Notes under the pieces: model-generated
The model's input: the letters and a program-made list of their open reading frames with translations, nothing else
What the model was told of the DNA's origin: nothing
Database searches by the model: none
From: Adineta vaga
Lineage: Eukaryota > Animalia > Rotifera
DNA length: 64,000 bases
Direction of reading: 5' to 3'
Assembly: GCA_021613535.1 (NCBI GenBank)
Contig: CP075495.1
Span: forward strand, 2,790,001-2,854,000
Shown: piece after piece, positions 26,301 to 38,100 of the stretch
Layout: every line of letters begins with the position of its first letter
Numbering within the stretch: position 1 is the first letter of the stretch
Program-made: the position numbers and the translations under genes

Positions 26301-27520
26301 ATGTGCATGTGCATATTCATAGTCAGCATGATATCAATAGACATGTTCTACGTCTCTAGGATTCTATTGATGACGAAAGAAAATAGATTGTTGTTCTATT
26401 ATATACTATGAATTTTGGTCTGTTTTTCCTGAAACCAGAAAAAGAAGATGTACAACAAGGAAAACTAATATTGTAGAAGCAAAATGAGTTAGCAATGTAG
26501 TATAGCTGGACAACCAGATGTCGAATATCGCGTGATGAAAAGGGTGTGCGAGCAAGAAAATGTAACGCGAGAAGAGAAGAAGAGAAAAAAAAGAACGTCG
26601 TCACCATCATCAAACAACGCTCGAACGACGACCAACGGTAAAGCGTCAAATAATCGTCCGTTTCACTGCATTGCATTTTTTGCGTTCTTTTTATCCTTGT
26701 GCTGTCCTGTCCCTTTTGCTCTCTCCTTCTCTCATGTGTGCGTTTGCTTGCCCCTCACTTCGTCTTCGCTACTCTCAGTTTGCGCTGTCTTTCTCTTTCT
26801 CTCTGTCGTTGCACACATGCATACACATGCACACGATCAGTGCACAAGGACATAACAAGAAGGAAGAAGAGGACAAGAGAGAGCGAGAGACAGAGAAAGA
26901 AGAGTGTCGTCATTAACGGTCACTTCACCCACCCTCATACGCACACATATTGCGTTGACGACGAAGACGACGATTGCATTACTCGAATACATGTGCACCG
27001 AGTACGTAACACACACATATATATATATATGTATGCATGTATGTCTCCGTGAGTTGCATCAACATTTAACTCTTTGATTCTAAGATGCAAATTTGCAGAT
27101 ATGATATTAAAATACATTTGTTTGAAACTTTTTATTAATTTTTTTTCGAATTTTGTTCATATGTATTGATGTGAGTTCTGTGAGTTTTCTAAAATCAGAC
27201 ACAATACGACTGACTCAAATACTATTATTGCTATGTTGTTTTCCAGCACAACAAGAAATGAGTATCTAGGAAAAAAGAGAGAATGAATGGATGAAAGACG
27301 ATTCAGACCGGATGGGTAGCTCGCCTGCGGACTCTCGTTTCATTAACGAATAGCTATTATAACGAGTGACGATGACGGTGATGATGTTAGGGGTGGGTTG
27401 AATACCAACGCCCGAGCAATTTTTTTCCTTCTCACACTCTTTTTCTTGCGTTCTTTTTTATGTTTCTTTCTGCATCGTCCTTTTTTCCTTTTTTTTCTTC
27501 TTCTTCTTTTTTATTTCCAT

Positions 27521-30500
27521 ATGGCGGACACACAAGTCCGAGACGAGAGACGACAATGTCGATGTCGACGACGGCCGGGTAAGAAAAGAGTGAGAGAACG
27601 CAAGTAAAAGATGATTGCATGTCTAATTTACGTCATGGCGACTGCGACTATATAACGTTCGTTCTCGTCCTTTCTCCCTTCTTTCTTCGCACAACCAACA
27701 TCTAATCCAGTGCGAAGGACAAGGCTATTTCTTCTATGTGTGCGCCTAGTATATGAGTGTGAAAGACAGAACACTTATTCCCTTGCCATTATCTAATGTA
27801 TTGAACTTATAGCTTTCTCATTTTGTCTTCCGTCTACTTATAGCATTCTCGTTTCCTAATATAAAACGTTATTGATCGCAATGCAGGACAATTCGATAGA
27901 ATACAATTGAATTTGTTTTGCTCTGAAACAAAAACATATCCACTTCGTAGTTCCCTGGCTTTATTTCTCTTCTTTTGCAATTACTCTCTAGGATATTAAT
28001 GTTGTTGTTGTTGTTGTTGTTCTGCTATGTTTAACGTTCGAGGAAGATATATGTGCGTGCGTGTGCCCTCTCGATATCTACCATATCTCCTCTCTTTATT
28101 TTTCTGATCATCATCATCATTCTTCTTCTTATTATTATTATTATTCATGATAGATTTACGCAACTATTTTACGAATTATTTTTTAGAGTGGATGCTCAAC
28201 GGTACTGTTGAGCCGCTGTTGTCCATGAACAGTAGTAACAATCGATCAGTATCATTAATGATGACCAATGGCGATAGCAACAGTAATAATACTAAAACTT
28301 CACAAAAACGATCACCAATGAAAAATACATCATTAGTGGATTTGATGTCATCAACGAACAGTAATAATAATACGAATCATTCATCAACAGATACTGATAA
28401 TCGTATTAAATTTATCGATATGCTTGTATGTGGCTCATGTCAGCAAGATTTTCAACTATCAGATATTGTTAAATTTATTGAACACAAAGCAATATGTGGA
28501 AATAAGGAAAATAAACAAAAAATACCATATCATTATTCCCGTCGACATCGTCGAAGAGGAGAAGATGATTATGATGAAGATTATGATGAGGACGACGATG
28601 AAGACGATCACAAAAGCCATCAAAGTAGTCATTCAAGTGAAAGTGAAAATGAAAATAATATTCCACGGCATCATCATCATCATCAACAACGATCATCACA
28701 AAAACAAACAAATTTTCCAAAAGTTCTTGTCGATGCAAGTGCTAACACATTGAACAGTACAAGTGAGTCGAATCACTTTTTTTTAATTTTACTCTTGTTT
28801 TGTGTTAATTCATATATTTGTATTCTAGCTGAACCATATAATTTCGAATGTAGTCAATGTGGTGATGTGTATAGTACAGGTAACGTTCATGGAAACTAGT
28901 CATTCAATACATTTTACTCTTGTTTATTATTTAGCATGGTTTCTCATTCAACATCATCAATATGTACACGGAGTGAAAATGTATAATAATTGTCTGAATG
29001 AAAATTCATCATCAAATATGAATTTAAATCCAGCAACAGCAGCAACGCGAAATAATAGTCTATTATCTAATGATCCATCATTGCTTAACATAGATTTTAA
29101 TTTACTTGAAGCTGCATTTAAAGAAGCAATGCCATCGAATCGATCACTAGCATCATCGACTGCATTTGCTTCGAATCAATTAATTGCGGCTGCTAATGCT
29201 GCTCGATCAGCACAACAACAACAAACATTATCGATACGAACTACTACCGATAGTGACAATAACTCACGTAGTTGTTTCTCGGCAGGTATCAACTCAAAGG
29301 CTAACGTGCCATTTTCTTCTCTTGCTACTACATCAACATCTCATCCTTCTCCGACAAATTTTATACACGAAGCAGTCCGATCAAATTCGATTGTTCAGCT
29401 ATTTAAAGAAGTTGCTAAACAACAACAACAATCATGTAAAACTTATAGTAAAGATAAACCAAAAACTAATGATTCACAATTTCTTACACCAAAATCTTTC
29501 GATATCACTAAATCTCATGTAGGTTTATTCTTCTGTTTAATAACATGCGTATATTTGTATTTTTCTTTATCATAGGTTGGAAATAATTCACCCACCAATG
29601 TATATAATCATGATGGTGAGTGTCCTATTCTTTTATTCTTATTGTTTATTCGTTGTTCTCTAGAAGAATCAGGTCATAATTCTCGACGACAAAAACGACG
29701 ACGACCCATCGATTCCAATACAGAAGATGATCATGAACAAAAACGAAGATTCTCATCTTTATCTCTTTCAACATCATCCAATCGAGCTACAAACACATCA
29801 ATTCCATCTTCACGTTGTCTTTCAGCATCATCTACACCTTCAATAACTGTTTCATCATTTGAAGATGAATCAACATACCATGGAACAAATGGCAATAGAA
29901 CAATTAGTACTGATGCAGTTAACCAATCATTAACATCTATCGATCAACCTCAACAACGGAAACGTCATCAACGTAAACCAACACGACAAAAGCCTGCACA
30001 ATTATCCAATGGTATCACAACACAACATCAAACAACGATATCAGTTAAAGATGAACCATATGATACAGATGATAATAGTGTAACATATAATGGTAGTAAT
30101 GATGAAGAAAAACAATCTAGTACAAGGAAAAAATCAAGTTCATTACTGACAACCGGTGGAAATTCTTCTAACGAGTTAACTAATGATAATAGAATATCAT
30201 CAGGTAATTCTTCGACTTATAAATGGCTTCATCAAGCATTTCGTTCATTGATACCACCACAATCACAAATACAGGATACTGAGTTAATAACTCAAATAAA
30301 TTCAACATCTCCACAATCAAGTAAAAACATCATAATAAAATGATATTAATTAACTATTTGTTTTTCTCTTCTTAGTTTCACAAATAGATAACAATGGTAA
30401 CAATTGTCTATTATCCACACGTTCATCTCCATCATTATCAACAACACCACCATGTTCAACATCTGTGCTGAATTTATCAACTACAACTGCAAATAATACC

Positions 30501-31282
30501 GGTGATCAAAATTCACCATCACTGTCTAGTATGATGGAACATTCTTTAACATCACCTGATGATAATCGTCATAATCATCATCATCATCATCAGACAAGAA
30601 CATTAAATCAAGGAAATCGAAATGAAACGAATTCTATAGCATCCTCATCCTCATCATCGACATTATATACAAATAATGGTATTAATCTAACAAATATTTC
30701 CAGTCCCAATTCTCAACGATTAATCAAACGAGATCGACGAAATGATACATGTGAATATTGTGGGAAAGTTTTTAAAAATTGTTCAAATCTGACAGTACAT
30801 CGTCGTAGTCATACAGGTTAATATTCATCAATTTTGTTTTTCTAATTCAATATCTGTTTTATATATTAGGTGAAAAACCTTATAAATGTGAATTGTGTGC
30901 GTATGCATGTGCCCAATCTTCGAAATTAACACGCCATATGAAAACACATGGTCGTGGTGGAAATGAAGCATTTCATTGTCGTTATTGTTCCATGCCATTT
31001 TCCGTCGCTAGTACATTGGAAAAACATATGCGCCGTTGTGATCGGAATCCTCAAATTTTGGCTGTATTCAAACAACAACAACAAACAAATCTATCAACAA
31101 TAAATAGCAATCGAAAATCAACCATGGATTTAAAACATGAATTTGGTATTGATACAACGGAAGATAATGATGAGATGATGGCTGATGATTTTTCATCATT
31201 TGCAGAAATTATTGACGAACAAAATGATGCGAGTTTAGATGAAGATATCGATGATGTTGATCTTACAGAAGAAAATGAATAA
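27521..31282 (+). CDS. BCL11: BCL11A/B (CTIP)-like zinc-finger transcription factor
   Basis: Exons (27521-27578, uncertain), 28187-28762, 28829-28879, 28935-29518, 29576-29615, 29664-30320, 30376-30816, 30870-31282. CCHC finger [24 protein letters not shown]; [10 protein letters not shown]...[13 protein letters not shown]; C-terminal [52 protein letters not shown]...[21 protein letters not shown], close to BCL11. Confidence 0.92.
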
Positions 31283-32287
31283 CTTTGAGTTTCGTTTTTC
31301 TTTATTTTCCTTAATCAGATACTCTTGTCTCTTTATTTGTTGTGTGTTTTTCCCATTCGTTTTCTTTTTCGTTTAAATTATGATTTCTATATGTAAACTA
31401 TTCTGTTTATTTTTCGTCATTATCTTTATGATCCCACCTGTCTGTTTCATTTTCGATTTATGCAGTTCGGGTTACTTCTATTTTTCTTTTTACTGTCTCT
31501 TGTGTGTTCCCGGTTGGTTGATCTTCTTTTTCTTTTTAGTCAACCGAACAAACACAGAACAGTTTTTTTCTCTCTTTCTCTCTCTCTACATTCATGTCTA
31601 TGTTGTTATATGATGAATCTGTTGAACAGTCTCTTCTATCTATGATCTCTATCTTCATATATATATATATATTTACATTTACGTTTAATTCCTGTTCTTT
31701 CTATCGATTACTTATTTTCAGAAAACAAACACAAAAAAGTTTCCTTGTTTCCATTACCTGTGTGTGTGTGTACGTGTATATTTAGCAAGGACAGGAACAG
31801 CTCTATATATTTGCTTTGTATTTCTTGTTTGTTTTCTTTTTTCGTGTAAACGACGAAATGACCGAATGATTTTGTTTCTTTGGATTTGTTCGATTATATT
31901 ATTCTCATATCGGGTTGTTCTGTATTTTTTTCTTTCTGTTGTTTTCTTTTTTGTGTGTTTCTAACTAGAGCGAGGCAAACGAACAGTAGTTGAAAAACAC
32001 CTATATATGAACATTCATTCATATAGAAGTATTTTTCCTTTCTTCATGTTATTCGTATCTGTGTTATTTGTTGTTTGTTCATTTACATTGCACGTTGCTC
32101 TTCTCCCTTGTTCTTCTTTCTCTATCTCTTTTTTTTGTATAATTGATAATTAAGAATTAAAAAAAGAAAAGCACACACACACCCACATCTATCTCTAGTA
32201 GCTTTATATTATTGATAAAAAGAAATATTCTTGTTGATATTGACAAAAGAGCTAGTTTAATAGATTTCTATCTCTCTCTCTTCAGAT

Positions 32288-33788
32288 ATGGCGAACAATT
32301 CAGCATTACTACCGATAAAGCCATACCAACAAATTATTGCTTCGGGTTCCGGTGCTGTACTAACAGCTCTATTTATGACGTTAGATATATTGATAAATGA
32401 TATAATCAATCAGAAAATTTATTCGTTGATATTATTTTCATTAGCAATTGATATGCTAATATGAAAAAACGAATTCTTTCTTTGATTGATTCTATTATTT
32501 TTGTTATTTAAAATTTAACTTATATAATTTGACTTTTTTTTTAGGCCGTTTGATGTTGTTAGTAAGTATATTATCTATAAAGAATACATCTATTTCTTCT
32601 TCACTATTCATTTTCTATTTAATAGAAGTCCGTTTACAATCTCAAACATCGAATGCTGTTCGACAGAATGCTACTCGAACTCCACACTTACCAACAAAAT
32701 CAATATCTTCATCAGTATTATCATCAGCCACATTATGTCGACATTATATGACACATCAACAAGTACACTATTATACTGGTACAATAGATACACTAACAAA
32801 AATAACTCGAGCTGAAGGATTTCGTGTTCTATGGTCTGGTTTAACACCAGCTCTATGCGTATCTATTCCAACCGTTGTTATTTATTTTACGTCTTATATG
32901 AAAGCGAAACAATTACTTGGATATAATGAAAAAAGTCCAAATCCAATCTTACCTGTGATTGCTGGTTTGTAGGAGAAAAAAATCAATCGGTAGAAAAAAG
33001 GTTTATTGGTTCTTTTCATAATAGGTGCTTGTTCACGAATTTTTGCTGTAACAACTGTTTCACCATTCGAATTAGTTCGTACAAAAATACAATCAGAAAA
33101 GGTTCTATATAGTCAATTATTTCGTATTCTTCGTACATCATTAGCGGAAGAAGGACCACGTGTTCTATGGAAAGGTTTATTACCTACTCTATGGCGCGAT
33201 ATACCATTTTCAATGATCTATTGGTTTAATTATGAAACATTCCGAGGTAAAACTCATATCACATGAAATTACAAAAATCTTTTCTATTTTATTATTCATA
33301 GCGTATCTTGTTCGTTCAAATATTCCGGTTGATACTTATGCAACATTTGCATGTGGTGCACTAGCTGGTGGTATTGCTGCAACATTAACAACACCTGCTG
33401 ATGTTGCTAAAACGTTTCGACAAATTGAATTAGGACGTAGTAAATATTCACCAACTAATGGATGTCTTACTTGTGCATCGACATCTGTCAATCAACCAAT
33501 TCAATCAACAAATACTCTATCTATTTTATTACATATACTTCGAGTGGAAGGACCGAAAGGTTTATTTGCAGGTAACTATCCAAGAAGATTTTTATCATAT
33601 CTATATATATATATATATATTTAGGATTGGTACCTCGATTACTTAAAGTTGCTCCAGGTAAAATTGTTATATTTCAATTAATTCTTTTAATTTTTCATTA
33701 TTCTCTTTTTCTGTTAGCTTGTGCAATTATGATCACAAGTTTTGAATCGTTAAAAACATTCTTTCAGCTTGCAAATGCTTCCAACTGA
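32288..33788 (+). CDS. SLC25A40: Mitochondrial carrier SLC25A39/40 (Mtm1/Shawn-like glutathione importer)
   Basis: Exons 32288-32379, 32545-32561, 32626-32964, 33025-33246, 33302-33571, 33625-33657, 33718-33788. QQIIASGSGAVLTALFMTPFDVVKVRLQSQ, LWSGLTPAL, VSPFELVRTKIQS, TLWRDIPFSMIYW, PRLLKVAPACAIMITSFE. Cannot distinguish 39 from 40. Confidence 0.9.
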
Positions 33789-34151
33789 GTATTTAATGTT
33801 ATTGTTTTTCTACGTCGTCGATTATGTTGAATAAATGATAAAATATAAGAAGAAATAAAAACTTTGTATCCCGTGTCGAGAATAATCTTGAACATTTCAT
33901 ATTCATTCAAAACGTTATGAAGATCATCACTTATTAAATTAGTAATCGAAAAATAAAATAACAGATATTTTTTCTTCTAAGATAACGGATTAAATGCATA
34001 TATAATGTCAATATTGTTATCCGATGACATCAAACACTAAAGAAATGTTTTTTCAAGATAACTTTTCACATGAGTAAATGTTCGTTTTTCATTTTTTATC
34101 GATTATTTGTAATCTTCAACATCGAACAAATAGTAAATGTAAAAGAAAAAG

Positions 34152-34728
34152 TCATTTTCTCTCTTCAAACATATTTTTTGAAAGATAGAAATCATCTTCG
34201 GTTTTAAATTGTATACAAAAATTTTCATATTCAATAAAACTAACAAAAAGAAATACACATGAATTGAAAGAATTGATCAATCAAAAAATAATCACCCATC
34301 TTCATCAATTGGCAAATCTTTCATCATTTCATTCATTTCTTGTTCGGACAATGGTTCACCTAAAGACATCATGGCCGTTTTGAATGTTTCAACGCTAATC
34401 AAACCTATCGAATGTATTTATCTTCGAAAATTTCATACAAAAAACAAAATCTTCTTTTACCATAACGATTTTTATCGAATGTAACGAAGGCATTTTCAAT
34501 TTGTTCATAGGAATATTTCGTACATGAAAGTTTTGACATAATATCAGTAAACCAGAAATAATCGATAGTTTTATTATGAAGAAATTCATCATCAAGTCTT
34601 TCAAGATCATGCTCCGTTGGTGTATGACCTAATGCACGGATTAAAAAATGTACATCATCTACATTGATAACACCTGAATTTTCTTCATCAAGAAAGAGAA
34701 AAGCTTCTTTATATCGAATGTTATCCAT
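34152..34728 (-). CDS. Calmodulin/myosin light chain-like EF-hand protein with degenerate sites
   Basis: Three exons: YKEAFLFLDEENSGVI...IRALGHTPTE...IENAFVTFDKNRYG|LISVETFKTAMMSLGEPLSEQEMNEMMKDLPIDEDG|FIEYENF...ERK*. Confidence 0.85.
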
Positions 34729-35127
34729 CTAATTAGAAATAATAAAGAAAAAGTGTATAAAGCGATGATTTTATATATCAGCTATGCGCGACATCTATTG
34801 GCGAAAATAAAACGAAGGGAAATAGCTTAGAACAATGCGACAATATGGCTACATGTTTTAAAGACATTAGTCAGCTGTATGTATAACGATCGGGCACGTA
34901 GGAAAAAAAAACGAAGAAGAAAGATGAAATGAATCATTTTTTTTCTCTTCTTTCTTGTTGTTTTATTATTCCCGAACGAACGAACAAATAAGACAAACGT
35001 TGAAAGAGAAAAAATGTCTAGGTCTCTTTCATTTGCTTTTCTTATTGCCCCAAAGAATAATTGTATTTTTCCTCATTATATATATGTATACATCTCGTTT
35101 ATTTCAGATAGGTCTGATGGCTTCGAT

Positions 35128-38100
35128 ATGACATCAAATAATACTGAAGAAAATGCAATATCAATAGTTTTCAGTCCAAACAGTATTTTTGTTTCTTCGA
35201 CTTCACTTACACGTCCTCCGACAACACCTACAAATACAACTAATACATACGAATCATTAATTGCCAACATGCTTGATGCTGAACTTGATTCGGATCCTCA
35301 AATGTCTGATAGTGAACTTTCATGGCAATCGGTAACAGATGTTGATAGTTTAACAGCAACAAATCATTGGCGTGGTTGGAAACAACAAACGACAATATCC
35401 TCTACAACAATAATAAATTCAAATAATTCCTTACAATCTACCAATTCAACATCGATATGTAATTCTTCTTTAACAACATTCAATGAAGGTTTGTCTGAAT
35501 TCAAATAATCTTTTCTATTTTAATCATTTGTTTCTAATTTTTTTTCTTCTATAGATCGTATTCCTACATTAGTTGATTTAGCAGCTAAAACAATTGCTCG
35601 ACATATACCATTTGAATTAGTTGAACGATATAAGCAACCTGAACAACCTGTGCCTGAAAATTTACAATTAAAAATCGCTTTTTGGAGTTTTCCTGATGGA
35701 ATTGAAGATATTCGGTATAATAACAAAATTAAATTCTTTGCTTTTCGTAAACCATTCTATTTCCATTTTAGTTTATATACTTGTGTAGCTAATGGTAGTA
35801 CTGATGAATTTATTAAAGCTGAAGCATTACAACAAGCTAAAGCTGTACAAAATATGTTACAAATTGGTTTCCATTTAAGTTCACAAGTTTATGAAATTAA
35901 CTCCATAAATAATTCGGCAAAATGCACGACACAATTTTATCATGTATCGATTATATTTGATCGGAAAAAGATCACTTCATGTCATTGTACATGTACTAAT
36001 TCAAGTTCATGGTGTTCACATATTGTTGCTGTTTGTCTTTGTCGTATAGCACAAGTAAGATTATTGATGAATTGATTTTTCAATTGAAATTTTCTAAATT
36101 TTTTAGCCACAAAATTGTTGTCTACGAGCACCAGTATCGGAATCATTATCACGTTTAAAAATTGATCAATTACGGTATGATAGAGAGATATTTTTTCAAA
36201 TCAATCTTTATTCTATTTTTTTGTCTTTTCAGAAAATTTGCCCAATATCTTATATGGGAAATTCCTCAACAAGTATGTCTATTTCATGAGAGATATGAAT
36301 GAAATTCTTTAATGATTTTTATTTCTTAGTTTTTACCAAAAGCTCAAAGTTTACTCGATGAATTACTGAGCGATAAACCAACGAATGTAAATATGTTACA
36401 AGGAGCACCGGTAAATAAAAAAGTGATTTTGTTTTTTATATTTATATTTTTGTTCGTATTTTCCAGGATCCAACAGCTGGTGGTTTATCTTCAGATATAT
36501 CCGTTTGGTTTCTTGATGATACGAGTTTGCAAGAAAATATTAATAAAACTCTTCATCGATTTTGTCAACCTACACCACAAGTTGTTGGGTACGAGAATAA
36601 ATTCTAACATCAAGTGCATAGAGTTAAAAGAACCATTTTGACATATACTTATGCACTTAGTGTCAATGTTTTCTTTACATAATTAGATAAGATGGGACAC
36701 ATTAGCGACTTCTCTCTTCGATATATACTATTCCAATCTGAATGTTCTCCTCTTGTATTCTTTTAGTGACGTCACCTATTTAACTAGTCCACCAATCTTA
36801 GCTACCACTGAATATTCGAATCTGTTACGTCCATTACGTGGTCGTGAACCAGAAGGTATGTGGAATTTATTACAAATTGTCCGTGAAATGCTTGCTCGAC
36901 ATGATCTCAATGGTACTCAATTACTTGATATTCTTACACGACAATGTCTCTCTCAAGAACAAGTAAAATCTTTTTTTTTCTTCCTGTCTTACAAATCATA
37001 TCTAATCTTTCTCTATTAGATAATTCAATGGTGGTTTACAACGAAAGTTTCAAATGTTTACAATGAACGTGGAACAAATGGTTTGAAACCACATAATACT
37101 TCTTTAGTTCAACAAGCAAGTTCTGCTTTGTGTGATGAAATTGTTCAAATTTGGCGTTTAATCGCTTTGAATCCTCGTTTGAATAATGAAGAGCGAAATG
37201 CTATCTATATGAAATTATGTATATGGCATTTATCCATTATTGAACGTATATGTAAACAAAAAACAACGACAACAAATATTTCGACGACTACAAATGGTGT
37301 TTATACATCACCGACAATAAATTCTACAAATGATCGTACATTAAATCAGAAACGACGTGATATTGATATATTTCCAGGATTTTTACCAGCGATTGAAGTT
37401 TGTCAAATTGATTGGAATCATTGTTCCTATTTTCCAAATACAATTGAAGTCAATGATAATGATAATGATAATGAACGTTTATGGTCGGAATATGTTCGTT
37501 CCTATGATGAATCATTAACTGATGGTTATTCAAAATTAAATACTAATACAAACTTTAATTTCAATACTCAACAACGAATTTTAACTCAACCAATTTCAAC
37601 GATTACCGAAGAAGTTTCTTCGAACATACCAGATGATGAAGTAGTGAATAATCACGAAGAAAAATGTCAAGATATCGATAGTGGAGAAGAATCATGCGGC
37701 GCTGGAAATGGTGATCAACAATCATCATCAAATAGTAGTGATGAATGTAAAATTTATTTTACTGATCGACAATCGACAGTAAAATCTTCAAAGACTACAA
37801 ATACAACAGCACCAGCAGTAACAACAAATTGCGAACCATACGTTTTTAAAACATTGAAGATCATTAATGATTCACTACAGGTATAATGAACGAATATTTA
37901 TCTATGCGAACAAAAAGAAAGAATTGATGTTAATTAATTTAGATTGCCTTTGTTCGTTGTGAAGCATTACGAATTCATGGATATCATAAGGAAGTTTTCA
38001 AACTTGCGAAAGAATTAGCAAATCATATGCTTGAAAATGAAGAAAATCTGACATCTTCTCAAAGTTTGTTCATCGTTTGACTATTAATCATCTAGAAATG

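Noticed and set aside
25603-27620. Cluster of overlapping 60-117 aa ORFs on both strands
   Set aside because: Translations of CA/GT/GA/CTT microsatellite-rich sequence with no domain features; treated as non-coding.
31380-31964. Hydrophobic F/L/C-rich ORFs after BCL11
   Set aside because: Artefact of a U-rich 3'UTR.
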